Positions 38,723-47,761 of a stretch of 64,000 bases of DNA are shown piece by piece. This DNA comes from an uncultured Verrucomicrobiales bacterium (GTDB lineage Bacteria; Verrucomicrobiota; Verrucomicrobiia; Verrucomicrobiales; DEV007). The first letter of the stretch is position 1, and each line of letters opens with the position of its first letter. The stretch covers positions 7,338-71,337 of the forward strand of contig CALKOM010000026.1 of the NCBI GenBank assembly GCA_938091905.1. The letters are read 5' to 3'. The position numbers and the translations under genes are program-made. The notes beneath the pieces were generated by a model. The model worked only from the letters and a program-made list of their open reading frames with translations. It was not told the origin of the DNA and made no database searches.

Positions 38723-41278
38723 CTAGGGCCAAACATGGACTGGGAACTTCTTTGCCACGGCTTGGCGATGCTTTGGCCAGTCGCGTGCCAGGAACTGCGG
38801 CAAATCTGTCGTGCTAACGAGCTTCTTGCCGTCGGGTGTGCAGAGGCTGAGGCGCAGGGGAAGTCTACCTTCACAGAGTGTGGGATGATCTTTGTCTTTG
38901 AGGGAGAAGCACTCGTTCAGTTTCACCTGGCCTTCTGGTGATCCGTTCAAATAGGAAATTTTCAGTTTGCGGCTGTCGAGCCAGGGGATGGAGAGCGGTA
39001 GTAACTCATTTAGCCAACTGATTTGCCCGTCTTCCAAATGTTGATTGAACGTGGCGATGAGGGGCGCTGCTTGGGCTTTCTTTACCAGTGTGATCCCAGT
39101 GAATGCACGCGCGAGACAGGCGGTGATGGCATCGGTGTCAAACGGGGCAAACTCTAGTTCGGGTAAGTTGGTATGGACGAGGTTCACGCGAGCGATGAAC
39201 TGTTTTAGCCGATGACTCATCAGCGGTAGCTCAAAGGCTCCGCTGAGGTGGGCTTCGGCGAGGCAGCGTCCGCTAGTGAGGGGATCGAGGTCTTGATGTT
39301 GTGACTTCTGCTCGATGATGAGATTGCGATAGCGCACGAGTTTCATTGCTGAAACGCGTTTGTTAGAGGCATCAAAGAGATGCTCCAAAGTAGTGCTCAG
39401 ATGCTGGGGAAACATCTCGGCGATCCACTCGGGCTTCACGCGAGTGGCGAGGCTGAGTAAGATTAGCGGGTTGGAGCCATGCGAGGGTACTTCCCGTAGA
39501 TTGGCCACCACGAAGAAGGGTGCGTCCTGAACCACGCTTTCGCGCACCAGCTTGCCTTGCCGTCGCTCGGTTAGATCGCATTCTGGTTTGCCGGGCTCGC
39601 GTCGTCTCGCGAGCTGATCTGCGAAGCCGGCCATGAGGCATCGCAGCAGGGAGTCCTCGTTCGCTGCCGTGCTGTCTGGCGTGGTCTTCCCGTCATTGAT
39701 ACGCTGCTGACGGGCGACTTGCAGGATCTGTTTGTAGGTTTCCTCCACCTGGCGGGCAACGTGGGCATTGATGCCGTGGCTGCGGCAGCGAGCGAACCCG
39801 AAGCCGTTCGCCTGGGCGAATTCGTAAGCACGCATCAGGGTGATGAAGTCAGAGTTCTCGCTGTCCTCAAACATTTCTCTGGCGGCCCTGGTTTGGGAAT
39901 CGTCGCGATCTGGGCGAGTGAGCAAGTCGCGACCACTGACCAAGGCGGCACACAGGGCGGCGTCGGGCACGCAGCCGAGCTGGCTGGCCTCGATTAACAT
40001 GCGTGAGTAGCGCGGGTGCATCGGAAGGCGAAGCATTTGCCTGCCAATGTTAGTAAGGTCTGCTTGGTGCAAGGCGCCGAGCATAGTGAGCAGGCGCTCG
40101 GCGCGATTGACGGCTTGCAAATCTGGTTTGTCCAGCCAGTCAAAACTAGCGGCTTCCTGGATGCCGAGCGAGTGCAGCAGTAGGACGACCTCAGCAAGGT
40201 CACTTCGTTGGATCTCTGGAGTGTTGCGTTCCTCGCGGCTCTTCTGCCCGATCATGGTCCACAAGCGATGACAACTACCTGGCGCCGTGCGACCGGCGCG
40301 GCCTTTGCGTTGGTCTGCACTTGCTCTGCTAATGGGCTCTAACAGAAGGGTGCCGATCCCGCGTTCGGCGTCGTAGCGAGCTACACGGGCGATACCGCTA
40401 TCCACGACGTGGCGAATGCCTTCTATGGTAATGCTAGTCTCAGCGACGTTGGTGGCAACGACTACTTTGCGGAGGGCATTTGGGGAGAAGGCGCGGTCTT
40501 GCTCCTTCGGCTCTAATGCGCCGTGCAAGGGGATGCAGGAAATTCGCTCTTGCGTCCTCAGGCTCCGCAGTGCGTCCAGCGTGCGGTTGATCTCGCCGCG
40601 CCCGGGCATAAAGACGAGAATGTCTCCAGGAGCATCGTCATGGAGAATGCGCTCCACCGCCTCAGCCGCCTGATCGGTGATGGCGCGCTGATCGGGGGCA
40701 TCAAGATAGCTCACATCTACGGGATAGCTTTGCCCTTCGGAGATCAAAATCGGGCATTCTTCCAAGTAGGTGGCGACAGGCTCGGCATCGAGCGTGGCGG
40801 ACATCACTAGCATGAGCAAATCGCGGCGCTGGGTTCGCTGCAAGTGTTTTACCAAGGCGAGGGCGACATCGCTGAGCAAATTCCGTTCGTGAAACTCGTC
40901 GAAGATGACTGCGCCGATGTTCGCTAGCGTGCGATCATCTTGAAGCCAGCGGAGTAGAATACCTTCGGTGACAAAGCAGATGCGGGTGCCGGCGCTGGTG
41001 TGGTCGTCGAAACGAATCTGATAACCGACTTCAGCACCGAGTTCGCACTTTCGCTCTGAAGCAACGCGAGTGGCCACCGTGCGGGCGGCAACGCGGCGGG
41101 GTTGCAGTATGACGATCATCTTTTCGCCAGCGATTCCTTCATCGAGCAGCATCTGCGGGACCTGCGTGGTTTTGCCCGAGCCGGTGGGAGCGACGAGAAC
41201 CAAGCGATTGCCAACCCGCAGCTCACGCAGGATGTCGGAATGGATCCTCCAGATGGGAAGCGTGGTGGGGTCAGGCAT
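38723..41278 (-). CDS. hrpB: ATP-dependent RNA helicase HrpB (DEAH-box)
   Basis: 851 aa. Walker A APTGSGKTT, FDEFHER (DEAH-type), SATL, TNVAETSITI and QRKGRAGR motifs, plus an HrpB-type C-terminal domain length. Confidence 0.9.
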   Translation of the reverse strand: MPDPTTLPIWRIHSDILRELRVGNRLVLVAPTGSGKTTQVPQMLLDEGIAGEKMIVILQPRRVAARTVATRVASERKCELGAEVGYQIRFDDHTSAGTRICFVTEGILLRWLQDDRTLANIGAVIFDEFHERNLLSDVALALVKHLQRTQRRDLLMLVMSATLDAEPVATYLEECPILISEGQSYPVDVSYLDAPDQRAITDQAAEAVERILHDDAPGDILVFMPGRGEINRTLDALRSLRTQERISCIPLHGALEPKEQDRAFSPNALRKVVVATNVAETSITIEGIRHVVDSGIARVARYDAERGIGTLLLEPISRASADQRKGRAGRTAPGSCHRLWTMIGQKSREERNTPEIQRSDLAEVVLLLHSLGIQEAASFDWLDKPDLQAVNRAERLLTMLGALHQADLTNIGRQMLRLPMHPRYSRMLIEASQLGCVPDAALCAALVSGRDLLTRPDRDDSQTRAAREMFEDSENSDFITLMRAYEFAQANGFGFARCRSHGINAHVARQVEETYKQILQVARQQRINDGKTTPDSTAANEDSLLRCLMAGFADQLARRREPGKPECDLTERRQGKLVRESVVQDAPFFVVANLREVPSHGSNPLILLSLATRVKPEWIAEMFPQHLSTTLEHLFDASNKRVSAMKLVRYRNLIIEQKSQHQDLDPLTSGRCLAEAHLSGAFELPLMSHRLKQFIARVNLVHTNLPELEFAPFDTDAITACLARAFTGITLVKKAQAAPLIATFNQHLEDGQISWLNELLPLSIPWLDSRKLKISYLNGSPEGQVKLNECFSLKDKDHPTLCEGRLPLRLSLCTPDGKKLVSTTDLPQFLARDWPKHRQAVAKKFPVHVWP

Positions 41279-41640
41279 GAAGTGGAGCGCTCATGCTACG
41301 GCTCAGCGCAGGAAATGCCAACGTGAAGCGCAGGAGCAACCACGGCCGCCTAAAAGTGCCATCTCCTCCCTATTGTGGGGCCTCTTTGAAGAACGCACAT
41401 CTTGGCCCATGCCGAATACTCCTGTTATCTCTGGCTGGCTGGATTGAAGTGTGCGTGAAGCTGAAGGATCTCAAGCTGCTCGATGATCGGATCGTCTTTC
41501 GTCCCTAAATTATCCCGTTCGCACTCAAATTTCTATTGATTCCACCCCTTCTCAAAGCTAAGGGCCACGACGAAGAGGCCTACGCCGATTCCGCACCGAG
41601 ACAGGCGACCTTGTCCCACGATAAATAGAAAGTTTTACCG

Positions 41641-41862
41641 ATGGCTGTTACACCAAGCAAAGATTACAAACGTCAGGAGCGCGAGCAGAGGAAGATTGAT
41701 AAGCGCATGGCCCGCGAGGCAGCGAAAGCCAAGAAGCAGGAAGAGGATGCTAAGAGGCAGGAAGAGGAAGCTAAGCAGCAGGAAGAGGATGCCAAGAGGA
41801 AGGAAGAGGAGGAATTCGAGGCAGAACTCGAGGCCGAGCGTCTTTCCAAGGCCGGTGAGTGA
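41641..41862 (+). CDS. Possible small Lys/Glu-rich coiled-coil protein
   Basis: 73-aa ORF built largely from four 7-aa K.QEE(D/E)A repeats. Coding status is uncertain and I recognise no homolog. Confidence 0.3.
   Translation: MAVTPSKDYKRQEREQRKIDKRMAREAAKAKKQEEDAKRQEEEAKQQEEDAKRKEEEEFEAELEAERLSKAGE
41731..41814. repeat. Four tandem 21-bp units (AAGNNGCAGGAAGAGGANGCN type)
   Basis: Read directly: units at 41731-41751, 41752-41772, 41773-41793 and 41794-41814, in frame with the small ORF. Confidence 0.9.
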
Positions 41863-42367
41863 TCGCTGTGGTTTTACCACGCTCTTGGTGAGTTAGGAAG
41901 CGCTGCCGGGAGCAGCTTAAGAGTCTGTGGAAGGATGGATCTCCTAGTTGCTTCGAGCGCCAACAGGCAACTTCATCGATCAAGCCTGCTTTCGTGGCCG
42001 TTTATCAACAGGTTAGACATACGGGATCTGTTGAAACGCAAAGAGGAAGAATGAATGAATGGATTGTGGGTGAGGGAAATCAGAGGTTCTTCGCGGCTTT
42101 TCCGGCCTGGCAATTGTCTCGAACTTTGCGTCCTCGCGTCTCTCATCCGTCGGCATTCATTCAGGATATTTCCGGCTGAGGAGCGGAAAGGTCGGTCTAG
42201 GCCGGTAGATAGATTGAGTAGTGCAAGGCATAAGGAGGGGGCCAGAAGGTGGATTCAGGATCGATCATCGGAGTCACTTTGAGGTGGCTGGTCAAAACGG
42301 AGCCAATCTGAAGGCTTGGTTAAGGATTCCTGGTAGGTTGAGAAATCAACATTAAACCTACAAAGAA

Positions 42368-42679
42368 ATGCCAAAACGTAATAAAAGATGAATACTCTCC
42401 GCGCGGTTCAAATTCCGCGTTGCCCTCGAGGCCGCGAAAGGTCTCAGGAGCATCAACGAGATTGCTGCAGAGCACAAGCTAGCGTCCTCACAAGTCACGG
42501 CGTGGAAGAAGGAATTACTCTCCGAAGGTAGCGCTCTCTTTGAGCGCAAGAACGCCAAGAACCATGAGATCGACGAGGAGAAAGAGCGCACGGACGCACT
42601 GGAACGAACCTTGGGTCGAGTAGTCGTTGAGAAAGAGTTCCTGGTAAAAAAGTGCAAGGAGCTGGGGATTGAGCCATGA
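42368..42679 (+). pseudogene. IS3 orfA (HTH plus leucine zipper) with a premature in-frame TGA at codon 8
   Basis: Reads MPKRNKR, TGA at 42389-42391, then ILSARFKFRVALEAAKGLRSINEIAAEHKLASSQVTAWKKELLSEGSALFERKNAK...EKEFLVKKCKELGIEP, all in one frame. Confidence 0.75.
42646..42652 (+). promoter_or_regulatory. A_AAA_AAG -1 ribosomal frameshift heptamer typical of IS3-family orfA/orfB
   Basis: In the orfA zero frame (gtA AAA AAG). However, the -1 frame hits TGA at 42670-42672, just before the orfB ATG at 42676, so the site is probably no longer productive. Confidence 0.5.
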
Positions 42680-43879
42680 GAAAGACAATGGTGGAAACAG
42701 ACCATCCACAGCTCAGCACCCGCAAGCAATGCGAGCTTCTTGGAGTAAATCGCAACCGGCTAAGGCCAAAGTGTCCGCGCCCATGGCAGCCGAGGACTGA
42801 GCACAAAGAAATGTTAGCATTGATCCCGCTGATCCATGCAAAGGATCCCACGATGGGAGCACGCCAACTAGGTATCGTGCTAGGAAGAAACGACTATCAT
42901 GCAAGCCGTTGGACGACAGGAAAGATGATGGAACACCTTGGAATCAAGGCCATCTACTGTAGTCCATGCACGACGCAAGCAGCGCCAGAGAATCCTAAAT
43001 ACCCGTATTTTTGGCTCTCCGTCAGATTGGCTGGGTCAGAAGCGGTCCCCGCTACGGGTTCAGAGCCAGGGCAGGAGATCGTAACCAGTTGACAATGTCC
43101 ATCTTAAGCAATCCTGGCCTGCTCGCGAACATCCAAGGAAATGTCCTTCGAACTTTGGGGCAAGTTGACAGGCAGGTCCGGGATTCCGTGGCAAAATTGC
43201 AAGATGCTTGCACTGCAGCCTCGATCACTTTCCCATCGCTTCCCTGGCCCCCTGCCAGGCCTCAGAAGCATCCAGCAAACTTGACGGAGAGCCGTATTTT
43301 TTGCGTAATCGCCAGATCACCAAAGCGGATGAAGTTTGGGCGATCGACATCACTTACATCCCGTGGAGTCGTGGGCACGTGTACCTAGCAGCGATCATTG
43401 ATTGGAAAACACGAGCAGTGTTAGCTTGGCGAGTGAACAACACCATGGACGTCGACTTCTGCCTCGACGTGCTTTGCGAAGCAATCGGAGTTGCCGGTGC
43501 GGTTCCAGAGATCATCAACACAGACCAAGGCAGCCAATTCACGGGCGTGGAATGGATCAGCGCGGTCGAGGACCTCGGAGCGCGAGTGAGCATGGACGGA
43601 AAAGGGCGCTGGATGGACAACGTCCTCATCGAGCGTCTGTGGCGAAGTGTGAAACACGAGTGGGTGTTGCTGCACGAATACAACACGATTCCGGAACTCG
43701 AAGCGCTGCTGAGCGAATGGATCGAGCGCTACAACACCTGGAGACCGCACACGGCAAATGGAGGGGAAACACCTTGGCAGGCCTACCGAGGCCTGCTTCC
43801 GAAGCTGGAGCGAGAAGAAGTGAAGGGGGGGACCGAGCAATTGTTAGAATTTCGGTCTCGGTCTCGGTCTCCATTCTAA
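42676..43879 (+). pseudogene. IS3 orfB (DDE integrase-type transposase) interrupted by a 281-bp insertion
   Basis: N-terminal part ...HPQLSTRKQCELLGVNRN...PTMGARQL...ENPKYPYF. C-terminal part LRNRQITKADEVWAIDITYIPW...AAIIDWKTRAV...NTDQGSQFTG...SMDGKGRWMDNVLIERLWRSVKHE...YNTWRPH (D, D, E regions). The two parts lie in different frames, separated by 43013-43301. Confidence 0.8.
43013..43293. mobile_element. MITE-like non-autonomous element (281 bp) with 12-bp perfect terminal inverted repeats and an 8-bp target-site duplication
   Basis: Left end GGCTCTCCGTCA (43013-43024); right end TGACGGAGAGCC (43282-43293). Flanking direct repeats GTATTTTT at 43005-43012 and 43294-43301. Removing 289 bp restores ...NPKYPYFLRNRQITKADEVW.... 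The element has no ORF. Confidence 0.8.
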
Positions 43880-43886
43880 CAATTGC
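43837..43886. repeat. 14-bp perfect inverted repeat (GCAATTGTTAGAAT / ATTCTAACAATTGC) enclosing a (CGGTCT)3 loop
   Basis: Read directly: arms at 43837-43850 and 43873-43886, with a 22-nt loop TTCGGTCTCGGTCTCGGTCTCC. It spans the end of orfB (stop 43877-43879) inside the IS3 right arm. Confidence 0.85.
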
Positions 43887-43992
43887 CCATCTGTAAGCTT
43901 CCGGGATCATTCATTGACAACCAATCTAGCCTGTATTAACAAGACAGCCCTGCTAGGATTCATGCTTAAATCCAGCACCTAATTGGCTCCGC

Positions 43993-45864
43993 TTGCTCAG
44001 CAACCTCACACCTTACTTTAATCCTGTGTACCTCGGCTGCGTCCTTGCCATTGTTTGCGGGATCCTACCAAAGGGCGCTTTGGCACAACGCCAGATGGAG
44101 GTATTGAAGCGAGGAATTGTCGCCGTGAAGCATGAGGATAGCGTGTTTGTGAGTTGGCGACTGTTCGGAACGGATTCAGAGCGCGTTGCTTTTTATCTCT
44201 ATCGAAGAACTGGGGAAGGCGAAGCTACAAGGGTAAATCCAAAGCCGATCTCGGGCGCGACTAATTTCACCGATTTTGATGGTGACACTAGCAAGGAACT
44301 AGATTACTTTGTGCGGCCGATCTTAGATGGTAAGGAGCTTGATGCATCTAACGTCGTTCGGGCCTGGGATGAACCCTATTTGGAGATCCCGATACGGCCG
44401 ATCAGAGATTATAATCCAGGCGATGCTTCGATCGCTGATCTAGACGGCGATGGCGAGTATGAGATCGTCCTGCATCAAACCTCTCGGGCTCGTGACAATT
44501 CACATCCTGGCATTACCGGTAAGCCCATTTTGGATGCCTACGAGTTCGATGGGACTTTTCTGTGGCGGATCGATCTCGGCATAAATATTCGTGAGGGCGA
44601 ACATTACACTCAATTCATGGTTTACGATCTGGATGGCGATGGAAGCGCCGAGATGGCTTGCAAGACGGCGGATGGAACGATTGACGGGGCAGGTAACGTT
44701 ATTGGCGATGCGAGTAAAGACTGGCGTATCAAGAATGAGGGTGATCGGCGCCATGGCCGGGTTCTTGACGGGCCAGAGTTTTTAACCATCTTCGATGGAA
44801 AGACTGGGGCAGCTCTGAAGACAGTCGATTACATCCCGAGCAGAGCTCCCATCGATGGCTGGGGAGGGAAGGGCGGTAATGGTGGTAATGATAGCTACGG
44901 TAACCGTTGTGATCGGTTTCTCGCCTGCGTGGCCTACCTGGATGGCGACTGGCCTAGTGTGGTCATGTGTCGTGGCGTTTATGGGCGCACCGTGATGGCG
45001 GCGTGGGACTGGCGCGAGGGTGAATTAACCAATCGTTGGACCTTCGATTCGGGGACGAGTTATCCTCCTTACGAAGGAGCCTCGTCTTTCTCCGGTATGG
45101 GGGGGCACTCACTCTCTGTGGCTGATGTCGATGCTGATGGCAAAGACGAGATCGTTTATCAAGCAATGGTTATTGATGACAATGGTGAGGGGCTCTACTC
45201 GACTGGGAGGCGTCATGGGGACTCTATGCACATCAGTGATTTCTATCCTGATCGGCCTGGGCTTGAACTGTTCTTGATCACGGAGAATGAAGCTCGAACC
45301 GTGGCCTTGCAAACTCCGGGAGCAGGGATGCACGACGCTCGAACGGGAAAGGTGCTTTGGAGCCACAGCCTCGGAGTGGATGTCAAAGCCGGTCTTGTGG
45401 CCGACATCGATCCGCGCCACCCTGGAGCGGAAGCCTGGGGCGGTCCAGGAGGCCTGCGCAATGCCGCAGGAGAAGATATTGGCCCTTGTCCACAATCTAA
45501 TGGATTTGCGCTTTGGTGGGATGGGGATCTCCTGCGCGAGTTGTTGGGCCGGGGTTCTTCGATCACCAAATGGAACTGGGAAAAGGGCCGAGAAGAGACT
45601 TTGTTAGAAACACGCGAAGGCAACGCTGGCCGTCGTCGGGGCAGGCGTCCGAGTCTTACCGGAGACATCCTAGGAGATTGGCGCGAAGAACTGTTGATTC
45701 CTTCTCCCGATGGAAAATCTCTACGGCTCTATACGACAATGATTTCGACGGAACACCGTCTGGTCACTCTGATGCATGATCCCCAATATCGATTGGGAAT
45801 GGCTTGGCAGAACGTCGTCTATAACAAACCACCGCATCCAAGTTTCTTTCTAGGCGACAATTAG
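43993..45864 (+). CDS. Rhamnogalacturonan lyase, polysaccharide lyase family 11 (YesW-like)
   Basis: LKRGIVAVKHEDSVFVSWRL, DLDGDGEYEIVLH and YDLDGDGSAEMA FG-GAP-like calcium sites give a typical PL11 propeller pattern. The tracked TTG start (43993) lies inside the IS3 right inverted repeat. An alternative start is GTG 44026 (MYLGCVLAIVCGILPKGALAQ). Confidence 0.75.
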   Translation: MLSNLTPYFNPVYLGCVLAIVCGILPKGALAQRQMEVLKRGIVAVKHEDSVFVSWRLFGTDSERVAFYLYRRTGEGEATRVNPKPISGATNFTDFDGDTSKELDYFVRPILDGKELDASNVVRAWDEPYLEIPIRPIRDYNPGDASIADLDGDGEYEIVLHQTSRARDNSHPGITGKPILDAYEFDGTFLWRIDLGINIREGEHYTQFMVYDLDGDGSAEMACKTADGTIDGAGNVIGDASKDWRIKNEGDRRHGRVLDGPEFLTIFDGKTGAALKTVDYIPSRAPIDGWGGKGGNGGNDSYGNRCDRFLACVAYLDGDWPSVVMCRGVYGRTVMAAWDWREGELTNRWTFDSGTSYPPYEGASSFSGMGGHSLSVADVDADGKDEIVYQAMVIDDNGEGLYSTGRRHGDSMHISDFYPDRPGLELFLITENEARTVALQTPGAGMHDARTGKVLWSHSLGVDVKAGLVADIDPRHPGAEAWGGPGGLRNAAGEDIGPCPQSNGFALWWDGDLLRELLGRGSSITKWNWEKGREETLLETREGNAGRRRGRRPSLTGDILGDWREELLIPSPDGKSLRLYTTMISTEHRLVTLMHDPQYRLGMAWQNVVYNKPPHPSFFLGDN

Positions 45865-46035
45865 ATCCCTTGTTTCGATGCTAATTCAGGTCCAGCCAGA
45901 GGACCATGGCTGTGAACCTCTTTCTTCATTACCAATGGTGGCCTGATTTACACGATCGATCCTAGTTTCTAGATTCGTTATCGATGATAGGCTCACGGGT
46001 GATGTTTTCGGAATCCATATTGACGCTGCTTGCAG

Positions 46036-46557
46036 ATGATTAGTGGTGAGCTTTTTACTCGCATCCTCGTCTGGATTGCATTGCTATGTTATAGCGTGTC
46101 CGCAGTCACGCTTCTAGTTCGGCGTCAGCACCTGCGATCGCTCGCGCGATGGTGTTGGACCTTGGGGCTGTTTGCTTACCTCGGTCACGTGGCTGCTGCT
46201 TTTCACTATTACTACCAATGGAGCCATGACCTAGGCATCGCAGAGACAGCGAGACAGACGCGCGAACTCACGGGTAAAGATTCGGGAGCTGGTTTGTATC
46301 TGAACTACTTCTTTACCTTGGTTTGGATTGCTGATACGGCGTATTGGTGGGTAGTCGGACTATCTGGGTATGCTAGACGTTCTGGATGGATTGACTGGAT
46401 CATTCATAGTTTTTTTATCTTCATGATTGTAAACGGGGCTGTGGTGTTTGCGCGAGGACCTGTGCGCTGGCTAGGCGCAGCGATTCTCCTTTTACTGCTT
46501 GGTGTTGGCGTCTATGTGAAGCTGTGCAAATCGAGAAGCGCCGATCCTCATGAGTAA
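46036..46557 (+). CDS. Hypothetical integral membrane protein (about 4-5 TM)
   Basis: Hydrophobic ORF. The stop overlaps the next gene's ATG by 8 nt. I recognise no family. Confidence 0.55.
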   Translation: MISGELFTRILVWIALLCYSVSAVTLLVRRQHLRSLARWCWTLGLFAYLGHVAAAFHYYYQWSHDLGIAETARQTRELTGKDSGAGLYLNYFFTLVWIADTAYWWVVGLSGYARRSGWIDWIIHSFFIFMIVNGAVVFARGPVRWLGAAILLLLLGVGVYVKLCKSRSADPHE

Positions 46558-47761
46558 GCGTCCATATTATGGATGGGTGATTGTCGTGTTGGCCGCGATG
46601 AGCATGGTAGCTACGTTACCTGGGAGAACGGTGGGGCTTGGGCTGATCACCGAACCACTGCTTCTTGATCTCGACTTAGAACGCACAAAGTTCGCCAAGA
46701 TCAATGTTATCGCTACGCTGATCGGAAGTTTGTTTGCCCTAGCGGCGGGCCCCCTCACCGATCGCTTGGGTCTTCGCGTGATGCTTTCGTCTATCCTTCT
46801 TATTCTCGGGAGTACGGTCCTAACGATGAGCCAGATGGTTAGTGCAGGCACAGTCACCCTATTTCTCATTCTCATCAGGGGATTTGGGCAGAGTGCACTC
46901 TCGACAACGAGTATCACGAGCGTGGGCAAGTGGTTCACGAAACGATTGGCGATAGCGATGGGAGTGTTCTCATTGCTGGTTGCTATCGGGTTTAGTGTGG
47001 CGATCGTGAGCATTCAGTCACAGATCGAATCACTGGGGTGGAGACACGTTTGGATTGTCGTTGGTGTTGCCGTACTTATACTAGGTGGCATCAGTGCGCT
47101 CATCGCTCGGCGGGGGCCTAAGCCAGCGGATTCCCCGGTTGATGGCCCATCTCTGTCGAGTTTAGATGAGCCTCGCCCTGACTTGAGATTGAGTGAAGCA
47201 CTGCAGACGCCGTGTTTTTGGATGTTTGGAATAGCGATGGCGCTCTACAGTGGTGTCCTAGCAGGTGTAAGTCTGTTCAATCAGTCGATTCTCCAGGAAC
47301 TTGGTTTTGGTGTAACAACTTTCCGATATGCCATGGCTGGTCTCATGAGCGCAGGTCTGATCGGAAACCTCCTTGCCGCGTGGGCAACCCGATACTTGTC
47401 GCTTCCAAGGATCGTTGCGTTGAGCCTTTGGGTGCTTGCTTTAGTCTTGCTCACATACCCCCGATTGCAGACAGCCTCGCAGGTCATTTCTCATGCAAGC
47501 CTCTACGGATTCTGTGGGGGCGTCTTCTCGGTCGTCTATTTTACGGGTTTTGGGCACGCGTTTGGGCGGATCCACTTGGGAAAAATTCAAGGTTGTGCCC
47601 AAGTCATGACCGTCGTCGCGTCAGCGTTAGGTCCATGGTGGCTGGCGAGTGTGAAAGAGGCCACAGGGAGCTACTTTCCTATGATGATCTATTTGGCGCC
47701 GGTCTTTGCGCTACTGGGTGTCATGGGCTGGTTGACCAAACTTCCGAGGCGGTCTTTGTGA
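46550..47761 (+). CDS. MFS transporter
   Basis: 403 aa, about 12 TM segments, with a GPLTDRLGLR loop 2-3 motif. Confidence 0.85.
   Translation: MSKRPYYGWVIVVLAAMSMVATLPGRTVGLGLITEPLLLDLDLERTKFAKINVIATLIGSLFALAAGPLTDRLGLRVMLSSILLILGSTVLTMSQMVSAGTVTLFLILIRGFGQSALSTTSITSVGKWFTKRLAIAMGVFSLLVAIGFSVAIVSIQSQIESLGWRHVWIVVGVAVLILGGISALIARRGPKPADSPVDGPSLSSLDEPRPDLRLSEALQTPCFWMFGIAMALYSGVLAGVSLFNQSILQELGFGVTTFRYAMAGLMSAGLIGNLLAAWATRYLSLPRIVALSLWVLALVLLTYPRLQTASQVISHASLYGFCGGVFSVVYFTGFGHAFGRIHLGKIQGCAQVMTVVASALGPWWLASVKEATGSYFPMMIYLAPVFALLGVMGWLTKLPRRSL

Larger units (their letters stand above)
42289..43999 (+). mobile_element. IS3-family insertion sequence, inactivated; 1711 bp including a nested 281-bp element plus its 8-bp duplication
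   Basis: orfA/orfB organisation with an A_AAA_AAG site and an ATGA junction. Candidate imperfect terminal inverted repeats: TGGTCAAAACGGAGCCAAT... (from 42289) versus the reverse complement of ...ATTGGCTCCGCTTGCTCA (ending 43999). They share a perfect 10-bp core CGGAGCCAAT (42298-42307 / 43982-43991) and TG...CA tips. No clear target duplication; at most GC. Confidence 0.65.

Noticed and set aside
41731-41814. The regularly spaced 21-bp repeats might be a miniature CRISPR-like array.
   Set aside because: The units are directly adjacent with no spacers, purine-rich rather than palindromic, and in frame with an ORF. There are no cas genes. The same reasoning applies to the 21-bp duplication at 12563-12604.
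42405-42416. A tRNA T-loop-like string, GGTTCAAATTCC.
   Set aside because: It lies inside the IS3 orfA coding frame (ARFKFR). No acceptor, D or anticodon arms can be folded around it. I found no tRNA in the window.
43173-43181. CAGGTCCGG resembles part of the conserved SRP (4.5S) RNA domain IV.
   Set aside because: It is only a 9-nt match inside the MITE-like element. The surrounding sequence does not form the symmetric or asymmetric loop helix of SRP RNA.
47212-47757. The ORF track gives 5' extensions for several genes: GT4 from 47212, FGE to 3440, sulfatase to 17563, MFS from 17283, AraC regulator to 55370, FG-GAP protein to 54083, LamG from 23985.
   Set aside because: The extensions overlap neighbouring well-supported genes or precede obvious signal peptides or domain starts. 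Internal ATG or GTG starts give products collinear with family expectations.
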